Assembly (NCBI RefSeq): GCF_963921235.1
Contig: NC_086108.1
Location: 63,490,001 to 63,554,000 of the forward strand
Length of the DNA: 64,000 bases
From: Mobula hypostoma
Lineage: Eukaryota
Direction: 5' to 3'
Numbering within the stretch: the stretch's first letter is position 1; every line of letters starts with the position of its first letter. The notes below the pieces were generated by a model that saw nothing but the letters and a program-made list of their open reading frames with translations, had not been told where the DNA came from and made no database searches. Both the position numbers and the translations under genes were made by a program. This document shows positions 52,834 to 64,000 of the stretch, piece by piece.

Positions 52834-55800
52834 AGAAAATAGAACATAGCATAGTACAGCACAGTACAGGCCCTTCGGCCCACAATGTTGTGCTGACCTT
52901 CAAACCCTGCCTGCCATGTAAGCCCCCAACTTAAATCCCTCCATATACCTGTCCAGTAGTCTCTTAAACTTCACTAGTGTATCTGCCTCCACCACTGACT
53001 CAGGCAGTGCATTCCACACACCATAGGACTATAGAACCATAGAAACTACAGCACAGAAACACACCTTTTGGCCCTTCTTGGCTGTGCCGAACCATTTTCT
53101 GCCCAGTCCCACTGACCTGCACATGGACCATATCCCTCCATACACCTCCCAACCATGTATCTGTCCAATTCATTCTTAATGTTAAAAAGGAACGCGCATT
53201 TACCACCTTGTCTGGCAGCCCATTCCATACTCCCACCACTCTCTGTGTGAAGAAGCCCCCCCAATGTTCCTTTTAAACTTTTCCCCCCATGCTTAACCCA
53301 TGTCCTCTGGTTTTTTTCTCCCCTTGCCTCAGTGGAAAAAGCCTGCTTGCATTCACTCTATCAATACCCATCATAATTTTATATACCTCTATCAAATCTC
53401 CCCTCATTCTTCTACTCTCCAGGGAATAAAGTCCTAACCTATTCAACCTTTCTCTGTAACTGAGTTTCTCAAGTCCTGGCAACATCCTTGTAAACCTTCT
53501 CTGCACTCTTTCAACCTTATTTATATCCTTCCTGTAATTTGGTGACCAAAACTGAACACAATACTCCCGATTCGGCCTCACCAATGCCTTATACAACCTC
53601 ATCATAACATTCCAGTTCTTATACTCAATACTTTGATTAATAAAGGCCAATCTACCAAAAAGCTCTCTTTACGACCCTATCTACCTGTGACGCCACTTTT
53701 AGGGAATTTTGTATCTGTATTCCCAGACCCCTCTGTTCCACTGCACTCCTCAGTGCCTTACCATTAACCCTGTATGTTCTACCTTGGTTTGTCCTTCCAA
53801 CATGCAATACCTCACACTTGTCTGTATTAAACTCCATCTGCCATTTCTCAGCCCATTTTTCCAGCTGGTCCAATTCCCTCTGCAGGCTCTGAAAACCCTC
53901 CTCACTGTCTACTACACCTCCAATCTTTGTATCATCAGCAAATTTGCTGATCCAATTTACCACATTATCATCCAGATCATTGATATAGATGACAAATAAC
54001 AATGGACCCAGCACTGATCCCTGTGGCACACCACTAGTCACAGGCCTCCACTCTGAGAAGCAATTCTCTACTACCACTCTTTGGCTTCTTCCATTGAGCC
54101 AATGTCTAATCCAATTTACCACCTCTCCATGTATACCTAGCGACTGAATTTTCCTAACTAACCTCCCATGCCGGATCTTGTCAAAGGCCTTACTGAAGTC
54201 CATGCAGACAATATCCACTGCCTTCCCTTCATCCACTTTCCTGGTAACCTCCTCGAAAAACTCCAATAGATTGGTCAAACATGACCTACCACGCACAAAG
54301 CCATGTTGACTCTCCCTAATAAGTCCCTGTCTATGCAAATGCTTGTAGATTCTGTCTCTTAGTACTCCCTTCAATAACTTACCTACTACTGACGTTAAAC
54401 TTACTGGCCTATAATTTCCCAGTTTACTTTTCGATCTTTTTTAAACAACGGAACAACATGAGCCACTCTCCAATCCTCCGGCACCTCACCTGTAGACAGC
54501 GACATTTTAAATATTTCTGCCAGGGCCCCTGCAATTTCAACATTAGTCTCCTTCAAGGTCCGAGGGAACACCCTGTCAGGTCCTGGGGTTTTACCTACTT
54601 TAATTTTCCTCAAGACAGCAAGGACCTCCTCCTTTTCGATCTGTACAGATCTGCACCAACTGCTCTCTGAGTAAAAATCCTTCCTCTGATATCACCCTTG
54701 AACTTCCCACCCCTTACCTTAAAGCCATGTCCTCTTGTGTTGAGCAGTGGTGCCCTGGGGAAGATACGCTGGCTATCCACTCTATCTATTCCTCTTATTA
54801 TCTTGTACACCTCTATCATGTGTCCTCTCATCCTCCTCTCCCAAGAGTAAAACCCTAGCTCCCTTAATCTCTGATCATAATCCATACTCTCTAAACCAGG
54901 CAGCATCCTGGAAAATCTCCTCTGTATCCTTCCCAATGCTTCCACATCCTTCCTATAGTGACGCGACCAGAACTGGACACAGTACTCCAAGTGTGGCCTA
55001 ACCAGAGTTTTATAGAGCTGCATCATTACATCGAGCTCTTAAACTCTATCCCTCGACTTATGAAAGCTAACACCCCATAAGCTTTCTTAACTACCCTATC
55101 CACCTGTCAGGCAACTTTCAGGGATCTGTGGACATGTACCCCCAGATCCCTCTGCTCCCCACACTAGCAAGTATCATGCCATTTACGTTGTACTCTGCCT
55201 TGGAGTTTGTCCTTCCAAAGTGTACCACCTCACACTTCTCTGGGTTGAACTCAATCTGCCACTTCTCAGCCCACTTCTGCATCCTATCAATGTCTCTCTG
55301 CAATCTTTGACAATCCTCTACATTATCTTCAACACCACCAACCTTTGTGTCATCTGCAAACACGCCAACCCACCCTTCTACCCCGACATCCATGTCGTTA
55401 ATAAAAATCACGAAAAGTAGAGGTCCCAGAACAGATCCTTGTGGGACACCACTGGTCACAATCCTCCAATCTGAATGTACTCCCTCCAGCATGACCCTCT
55501 GTCTTCTGCAGGCAAGCCAATTCTGAATGCACCTGGCCAAACTTCCCTGGATCCCATGCCTTCTGACTTCCTGAATAAGCTTATGGTGTGGAACCTCGTC
55601 AAATGCCTGACTAAAATCCATATAGATCACATCCACTGCACTACTGTCATCTATATGCCTGGTCACCTCCTCAAAGAACTCTATCAGGCTTGTTAGACAC
55701 GATCTGCCATTCACAAAGCTATGCTGACTGTCCCTGATCAGACCATGATTCTCTAAATGCCCATAAATCCTGTCTCTAAGAATCTTTTCCAACAGCTTTC

Positions 55801-57882
55801 CCACCACAGACATAAGGCTTACTGGTCTATAATTACCCGGACTATTCCTACTACCTTTTTTGAACAAGGGGACAACATTCGCCTCCCTCCAATCCTCCGG
55901 TACGATTCCCGTGGACAACGAGGAAATAAAGATCCGAGCCAGAGGCTCAGCAATCTCTTCCCTCGCCTCGTGGAGCAGCCTGGGGAATATTCCGTCAGGC
56001 CCTGGGGACTTACTCGTCCTAATGTATTTTAACAACTCCAACACCTCCTCTCCCTTAATATCAACATGTTCCAGAACATCAACCTCACTCATATTGTCCT
56101 CACCTCCATCAAGTTCCCTCTCATTGGTGAACACCGAAGAGAGGTATTCATTGAGGATCTTGCTCATTTCCACAGCCTCCAGGCACATCTTCCCACCTTT
56201 ATCTCTAATTGGTCCTACTTTCACTCCTGTCATCCTTTATTTCTTCACATAGTTGAAGAATGCCTTGGGGTTTTCCTTTACCCTACTCGCCAAGGCCTTC
56301 TCATGCCCCCTTCTTGCTCTTCTCAGCCCCTTCTTAAGCTCCTTTCTTGCTTCCCTATATTCCTCGATAGACCCATCTGATCCTTGCTCGCTAAACCTCA
56401 TGTATGCTGCCTTCTTCCACCTGACTAGATTTTCCACCTCACTTGTCACCCATGGTTCCTTCACCCTACCATTCTCTATCTTCCTCACCGGGACAAATTG
56501 ATCCCTAACATCCTGCAAGAGATCTCGAAACATCGACCACATGTCCATAGTACATTTCCCTGCAAAAACATCATTCCATTTCACACCTGCAAGTTCTAGT
56601 TTTATAGCCTCATAATTTGCCCTTCCCCAATTAAAAATTTCCTGTCCTCTCTGATTCTATCCTTTTCCATGATAATGCTAAAGGCCAGTGAGCAGTGGTC
56701 GCTGTCCCTCATTTGCTCATCCACTGAGAGATCTTGTGGGTGACCCGGTTCATTACCTAGTACTAGATCTAGTATGGCATTCCCCCTAGTCGGCCTGTCC
56801 ACATACTGTTGCAGGAACCCATCCTGGACACACTTAACAAACTCTGCCTCATCTAAACCCTTGGAACTATTCAGGTGCCAATCAATATTAGGGAAGTTAA
56901 AGTCACCCATGATAACAACCCTGCTATTTTTGCACCTTTCCAAATCTGCCTCCCAATCTGCTCCTCTGTATCTCTGCTGCTACCAGGGGGCCTATAGAAT
57001 ACCCCGAATAGACTAACGGCTCCCTTCCTGTTCCTGACTTCCACCCATATTGACTCAAAAGAGGATCCTGCTACATTACCCACCCTTTCTGCAGCTGTAA
57101 TAGTATCCCTGACCAGTAATGGGATACTATTACCCCTCCTCCCCTTTTTCGGCCCTCTCTATCCCTTTTAAAGCACTGAAATCCAGGAATATTGAGAATC
57201 CATTCCTGCCCTGGTGCCAGCCAAGTCTCTGTAATGGCCACTACATCATAATTCCATGCATGTATCCAAGCTCTCAGTTCATCACCTTTGTTCCTGATGC
57301 TTCTTGCATTGAGGTACACACATTTCAGCCCTTCTACCTTACTGTCTTTACACCGTTTATTCTGCTTCTCTTTCCTCAAAGCCTCTCTATATGTTAGATC
57401 TGGCTTTACTCCATGCACTTCTTTCACTGCTCTATCGCTCTGGGTCCCATTCCCCTTGCAAATTAGTTTAAACCCTCCCGAACCATGCTAGCAAACCAAC
57501 CTGCAAGGATATTGGTCCCCCTCGAGTTCAGGTGCAATCCATCCAATCTGTACAGGTCCCACCTTCCCTAGAAGAGATCCCAATGATCCAAAAATCTGAA
57601 ACCCTGCTCCCTGCACCAACTCCTCAGCCACGCATTCAACTGCCATCTCCTCCAATTCTTACCATCACTGTCACATAGCACTGGCAGCAATCCTGAGAAC
57701 GCCACCCTTAAGGTCCTGTTCTTCAGCCTTCTGCCTAGTTCCCGAAACTCACACTTCAGGACCTCATCCCTCTTCCTGCTTATGTCGTTGGTCCCAACAT
57801 GTATCACGACTTCTGGTTGCTTTCCCTCTCGTACCAGGATGTCGTGCACCCGGTCAGAGACATCCCAGACCCTGGCACCCTC
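52834..57882 (-). mobile_element. Long CR1 LINE (ORF1 remnant, APE, RT), itself interrupted at 53024-54653
   Basis: VIHVGTND (ORF1), LNARSI/ITETWL, 371-aa RT ORF with FADD; 3' end at 52834-53023. Confidence 0.88.
53024..54653 (-). mobile_element. CR1 LINE, innermost insert, same subfamily as 19411-22665
   Basis: Long near-identical stretches shared with 19411-21030; CACCA repeated at 53019-53023 and 54654-54658. Confidence 0.88.
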
Positions 57883-60042
57883 TTAATGGTAAGACTCTCG
57901 GCAGTGTGGAGGATCAGAGGGATCTTGGGGTCTGAGTCCATAGGACACTCAAATCCGCTGCGCAGTTTGATTCTGTGGTTAAGAAGGCATACAGTGCATT
58001 AGCCTTCATCAATCATGGGATTGAGTTTAGGAGCTGAGAGGTAATGTTGCAGCTATATAGGACCCTGGTCAGACCCCACTTGGAGTACTGTGCTCAGTTC
58101 TGGTCACCTCACCACAGGAAGATTGTGGAAACCATAGAACGGGTGCAGAGGAGATTTACAAGGATGTTGCCTAGATTGGGGGGCATCCCTTATGAGAAGA
58201 GGTTGAGTGAACTCGGCCTTGTCTCCTTGGAGCAACAGAGGGTGAGAGGTGGCGTGACAGAATTGCATAAGATAATGAGAAGCATTGATCGTGTGGATAG
58301 TCAGAGGCTTTCTCGCAGGGCGGAAATGGCTAACATGAGAGGGCACAGTTTTAAGGTGCTTGAAAGTGGGTACACCGGAGAGGTCATGGGTAAGTTTTTT
58401 ACGCAGAGAGTGCTGGGCTGCCAGCGATGGTGGTGGAGGTGGACATGATAGGGTATTTTAAGAGACGCCTGGACAGGTAGATGGAGCTGAGAAAAATAGA
58501 GGGCTAGAGGTAGTCCTAGGTAATTTCTAAGGTAAGGCCATATTCGGCACAGTTTTGTGGGCCGAAGGGCCTGTATTGTGCTGTAAGTTTTCTATGTTTT
58601 CTGAGAGTACCTGGTTGTACACTAATTTGGTCATTTCCAGGAGGGTTCCCCATTCTGACCAGGCCCACAATGCCACTAACCCAGTACACAAATGTTAGCT
58701 AGAAAACAGATAGGGAGCATACTCTGATTAGTGATAGTCAGCATGGCTTTGTGAGGGGTAGGCCATTCCTCATGAGCCTTATTGAATTCTTTGAGGAAGT
58801 GACAAGACAAATCGATGAAGTGGTACCTTTGGGATTTTAGGAAGGCATTTGACAAGGTTCCCCATGGTAGGCTCATTCAGAAAGTCAGGAGGAATGGGGT
58901 CCAAGGAAACTTGGCTGTGTGCATTCTGAATTGGTTGCCCACATAAGGCAGAAGGATATAAATGAAGAATATTCTACTTGGAGGTCGGTGACGAGTGATG
59001 TTCCGCAGGGATCTGTTCTTGGATCTTTGTGATTCTTCTAAATGATTTGAATGAGGAAGTGGAAGGATGGGTTAGCAAATTTGCAATCGACACAAAGGTT
59101 AGTGGAATAGGGAATAGTGTAGAAAGTTGTTTTAGGCTGCAGTGGAACCTTGATTAGGAAGCTGGGCTGTGCTGAAAAGTGACAGATGAACTTCAATCTG
59201 GAAAAATTGTGAAGCGATACCCTTTGGAAGTTCAAACTTGAAGGCAAAACAATGTTAATGGCAGAATTCCTGGCACTGTGGAGGAACAGAGGGATCTTGA
59301 GATTCCATAAAACTGCCATGCAAGTTGATAGGGAGTTAAGAATGTGTATGGTGTATTGGCTTTCATAAGCCGTCCAGATGTACCCAGCGAACTGCAGTGC
59401 CCAGCAGCCCACCTAGCCCACACAAGCCTAATCACAGGACTATTTACAATGTCCAATTAACCTATTAACTGGTATGTTTTTGAATTGTGGGAGGAAACCA
59501 GGCAGACTCGCTGGGTCAAATGGCCTAATTCTGCTCCTATATCTTATGATCATCCAAAGGATTCACCCACATGATTCAGAAGGAGAATGTACAACTGCTT
59601 ACAGATGGCACCAGAATTGATCTCCAAACTCTGGAACACTCCAAGCTACAACAACATCACCCTAACCTCTAAGCTACTGTTGTGCCAATTAGGTCCTGCG
59701 CTGTGGTTATAAAAATATAGTTTCATTAACATCAGAAGATATACTTTTAAACTACTGAAGAATTCTTGACGAATAAAATTTCATTGCACATTGATGTAAT
59801 TAGTTGTTGGGAAACAAATTTTCACATCAACCCAAGTAGAAAAATTTGGCACAGAATTAACATTGAGAAAACTAAAATCCTATTTAAAATGTAAAAAATT
59901 GCAGAGCCATAATTTTTTGATTTTTTTTCTTTATATAAGTTCCATAGAATTCTAAAAATCTTTTAATTGTAGTTACGAGGTTGAAACCTTTAACAATTAT
60001 GATCAGTTAGGCAAACAGAGAACCTATATTTACTGACAGGTA

Positions 60043-60262
60043 AACAACAGGAATTCTGCAGATGCTGGAAATTCAAGCAACACAAATCAAAGTTGCTGGT
60101 GAACGCAGCAGGCCAGGCAGCATCTCTTGGAAGAGGTACAGTCGATGTTTCAGGCCGAGACCATTCGTTAGTCCTGACGAAGGGTCTTGGCCTGAAACGT
60201 CGACTGTACCTCTTCCTAGAGATGCTGCCTGGCCTGCTGCGTTCACCAGCAACTTTGATGTG
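60043..60262. mobile_element. PLE-derived fold-back element, opposite orientation to the 42-kb copy
   Basis: Same arms as 42053-42275 with the tail on the left; perfect TSD TTTACTGACAGGTA at 60029-60042 and 60263-60276. Confidence 0.92.
60170..60205 (+). ncRNA. Minimal type I hammerhead ribozyme motif
   Basis: AGTC-CTGACGA-AGGGTCTTGGCCT-GAAAC-GTC-GACT. Confidence 0.8.
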
Positions 60263-60584
60263 TTTACTGACAGGTACCTTCTTTGGTTCAGTTCACGTGC
60301 ACGTAAATTTAGACAACTGAGTACTTATGGGTGTACTCACTTGGTTTCTCTGACCCTCCATGATCAGTTAAAGACGAGAAACGTAATATCTAGGAAAAGA
60401 AGTCTACACTGGTCTTCTTCATCCCAACGTAATCTCCACATTTTCGACTGAGGATCATCCACTTCTGCCATGGTTGCTTTCCACAGAGTTGTTGGTGCCT
60501 GTGCTCCTCAAATCCTCCATTCTTATTCCTTTTCCTCATCAGATCAATCTATTACCTTTCAATTTAATCAGCTCAGGATCATCT

Positions 60585-61560
60585 GAGACAAAATGCTGGA
60601 GGAACTGAGCAGGTCAGGCAGTATGAATGGAAAAGAGTAAACAGTCTACGTTTCAGGCTGAGACTCTTTGTCAGGACTGGAGAAAAAGATGAGAATTCAG
60701 AGTAAGAAGGTGGGAGGGAGGGGAGAAAGAAGCACAAACTGGTAGGTGATAGGTGAAACTGGGAGAGGAGGAGGCGTGAGGTAAAGAGCTGGGAAGTCAA
60801 TTGGTGAAAGAGATAAAGGGCCAGAGAAGGGGGAATCGGATAGGAGAGGGTAGAAGGTCATGAAAGAAAGAGAACAGGGAGGAGCACAAGAGGGAAGTGA
60901 TGGCAGGTAAGAAGATAAGCTGAGAGAGGGAAATGGGAAGGAGGAATGGTGAAGGGGGTGTGGGCATTATGGGAAGTTTGAGAAACCAATGTTCATGCCA
61001 TCAGGTTGGAGGTTACCCAGACGGAATATAAGGTGTTGTTCCTCAACCTGAGTGTGGCCTCATTGCGGCAGTAGAGGAGGCCATGGACTCATGTAGGAAT
61101 GGGAATGGGAATGGGAAGTAGAATTAAAATGGGTGGCTACCGGGAGATCCTGGTTTTTATACTCCAAGTAGGTGCTCGGCAAAGTGGTCTCCCAATTTAT
61201 GTTGGGTCTCACAAGAGGCCCAATACAAGAGGCCTCATTGGGAGCACTAGATACAGTATATGACTCCAAGAGACTCACAGGTGAAATGTCACATCACTTG
61301 GAAGGACAGTTTAAGGCCCTGAATGGTAGTGAGGGAGGAAGTGTAGGGGAAGATGTGGTGCCTGTTCCACTTGTAAGGATACCCCTATTGCTGGTGGGGG
61401 GGCAGATAGATGGGGTAAGGGTAGATGTGTGTGAAATGGAAGAGATATGGGTGAGGGCTGTGCTGATGTTGGAGGATGGAAGTAGAGCCCCTTCCTTTGA
61501 AGAAGGAGGGCATCTCATTCGGTCTGAAATGAAAAGCCTCATCCTGAGAGCATATGTGGC
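60585..61560 (-). mobile_element. PLE 3' fragment with a mutated hammerhead (about 60643-60678)
   Basis: QDLPVATHFNSTSHSH; core reads CTGACAA..GAAACGTA. Confidence 0.78.
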
Positions 61561-61954
61561 GCAGGGCACAGAAAATCGAGACTTTACGTTACTGGTTATG
61601 CCTCAACTGTTTGCCCCTGTGCTATTGGAGCTCGACTTCCAGAGCCACCTGAAAAGCGTGACAATGAAGTATGATGGGCCCCTCCCACCAATTACTGTCG
61701 TAAAGCCCCAGTTTTGTAGAGATATGTCACATGTCCCGCTACTGACCACACACACACATAGAAGAATAATGATCAACAAAAGTCAAAGTAACAAGGGGTT
61801 TAATAGAGAATTTAAAAACTGGCAGTCATACTGAGACAACTTTGAGCTGAAGATTTCTTCACATGTATGAGTGAGAACAAGATATTTTGCTTTTGACTTC
61901 TGCCTGACCATAAATATAATTTTTATTTTCCGATAAATTAGTATCCTCTGACAT

Positions 61955-62543
61955 GAGACCATATGACATAGGAGCAGAATTAAACCATTGGCCTATCGAG
62001 TCTGCTCCATTATTTCATTACGGCTGATCCATTTTTCCTCCTAGTCCCATATCCTGCCTTCTTCCCGTATCCCTTCAATCCCTGATCAATCAAGAACCTA
62101 TCAAACTCTGCCTTAAATATACATACAGTCTTGGCCTCAACAGCTGCCTGTGTAACGCATTCCACAGATTCACCACTCTCTGGCTAAAGAATTCCTCTTC
62201 ATCTCCATTCAAAAAGGATAACCCTCTATTCTGAGGTTGTATCCTCTGGTCTTAAACTCCCCCACCATAGGAAACATCCTCTCCACAAAGCTTTTCAGTA
62301 TTCGATAGGTTTCAATGAGGTCAGCTCTCATTCTTCTGAATTCCAATGAATACAGATCCAGAGCCAACAAACACTCTTCATGTGACAAGCCATTCAAACA
62401 TGGAATCATTTTCGTGAACTTCCTTTGAACCTTGTCCAGTTTCAGCACATGTTATCTAAGATAAGGGCCCAAAACCGCTCACAGCGCTCCAGTGCTTTAT
62501 AAAGTGTCGACACTACGTCCTTGCTTTTATACTCTAGTCCTCG
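61955..62543 (-). mobile_element. CR1 3' fragment
   Basis: KVQRKFTKMIP..RRMRADLIETY. Confidence 0.8.
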
Positions 62544-62544
62544 A

Positions 62545-63985
62545 AATTGAATTGAATGGACTTTATTTCTTGCATCCTTCACATACCTGAGGAGTAAAAA
62601 TCTTTACGTTATCTCTCCAGCTAAATGTATAACATGCAATCATAGTAATTTATAATAATTTATAATAAATTGAACAGTCAATGTAACATAGAGTACACTC
62701 AAATCAGCGTGAGTTCACCAGTCTGATGGCCTGGTAGAAAAAGCTGTCCCAAAGCCTGTTGGACCTGGCTTTTATGTTGCGGTACCGCTTCCTGGATTGT
62801 AGCAGCTGGAATAGATGGTGGTTGGAATGCCTTGGGTCCCCAATGATCCGGCGAACCCTTTTTACACACCTGTCCTTGGAAATGTCCTGAATCATGGTAA
62901 ATTCACAACTACAGATGCGCTGGGCTGTCTGCACCACTCTCTGCAGAGTCCTACGATTAAGGGAAATACAGTTCCCATACCAGGCAGTGATGCAGCCAGT
63001 CAGGATGCTTTCAATTGTGCCCCTGTAGAAGGTTCTTAGGATTTAGGGGCCCATACCAAACTTCCTCATTCGTCTGAGGTGAAAGAGGCACTGTGCCCAT
63101 TTCACCACACAGCTGGTGTGTACAGACCACGTGAGGTCTTCGGTGATGTGGATGCCGAGGAACTTGAAGTTGTTTACCCTCTCAACCACAGATCCATTGA
63201 TGCCAATAGGGGTTAACCTGTCTCCATTCCTCCTGTAATCCACAACCAGCTCCTTTGTTTTTGCAACACTGAGGGAGAGGTTGTTTTCTTGACACCACTG
63301 TGTCAGGGTGATGACTTCTTCCTTGTGGGCCACCTCATTATTGTTTGAGATAAGGCCAATCGATGTATTGTCATCGGCAAATTTAATCAGCAGGCTGGAG
63401 CTGTGGGTGGCGATACAGTCATAGGTATACAGGGAGTAAAGGAGGAGACTCAGTACACAGCCCTGAGGGGCTCCTGTATTGAGAGTCAGAGGGGTGGAGG
63501 TGAGGAAGGCCGCTCTTACAACCTGCCGACAACCTTCCAGGATCTGACAGGAAGTCCAGAATCTAGCTGCACAAGTCAGGGTTAAGGCCGAGGTCTCTAA
63601 GCTTCTTGTCGAGCCTGGATGGAACTATGGTGTTGAATGCTGAACTGTAGTCCAAGAACAGCATTCTCATATAAGCATCCTTCTTCTCCAGATGTGTAAG
63701 GACGGTATGTAGAGCAGTGGCTATTACGTCATCTGTCGATCGGTTGTGTCGGTAGGCGAATTGTATGGGGTCCATTTTGGGTGGTAGCAAACTGCAGATG
63801 TAATCCTTGACCAGCCTCTCAAAACATTTGCTTATTATTGAGGTGAGTGCGACAGGATGCCAGTTGTTCAAGCATGTTACCTTGGTCATTTTTGGTACAG
63901 GGACAATGGTGGATAATTTGAGGCAGGAGGGCACTCTACACTGGGAGAGGGAGAGATTAAAAATGTCTGTAAACACACCTGCCTA
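62545..63985 (-). mobile_element. Rex1/Babar-like LINE RT region
   Basis: [45 protein letters not shown]; (ATTGA)n tail. Confidence 0.85.
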
Positions 63986-64000
63986 AGTACTCACTCTGGG

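Larger units (their letters stand above)
52345..58600 (+). mobile_element. CR1 LINE (host) split by two nested CR1s
   Basis: RT runs to ..AEYSIN at 52833 and resumes at about 57888 (GKTLGSVE) through LVRPHLEYC to the tail. Confidence 0.8.

Noticed and set aside
54610..55026. 138-aa ORF as a distinct gene
   Set aside because: It reads across the junction of two nested CR1 elements
61172..61834. 220-aa + strand ORF
   Set aside because: Antisense to a PLE fragment, non-ATG start, no recognisable domain
43000..64000. A second tandem CYP gene downstream
   Set aside because: No P450 motifs recognised by eye; short exons could be missed without TBLASTN

Overview
Vertebrate genomic DNA. The CR1/HER1-like LINEs, HE1-like V-SINEs and Penelope elements suggest a cartilaginous fish, which is an inference. 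There is one host gene: a + strand cytochrome P450 family 2 (CYP2J/2N/2AB-like) gene. Its exon 2 (3' end only) to exon 9 can be read from position 1 to the stop at 42778, with GT-AG junctions, canonical CYP2 intron phases and an unbroken frame; exon 1 lies upstream of the window. The rest is largely transposon-derived: two L1-clade LINEs with TSDs and (GAAA)n tails, many CR1 and Rex1/Babar LINEs (often nested), a decayed hAT/Charlie element, Tc1/mariner MITEs, an RTE-derived short element and Penelope-like elements (PLEs). The most notable structure is a PLE-linked hammerhead ribozyme (HHR) system. Minimal HHR motifs (CTGANGA...GAAACGTC) recur on both strands. They sit in PLE 3' ends and in 150-225 bp non-coding fold-back elements flanked by 14-bp TSDs, one of which is a 92-bp near-perfect hairpin in the last CYP intron. 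The CYP protein also has Thr at a normally conserved heme-binding Arg.
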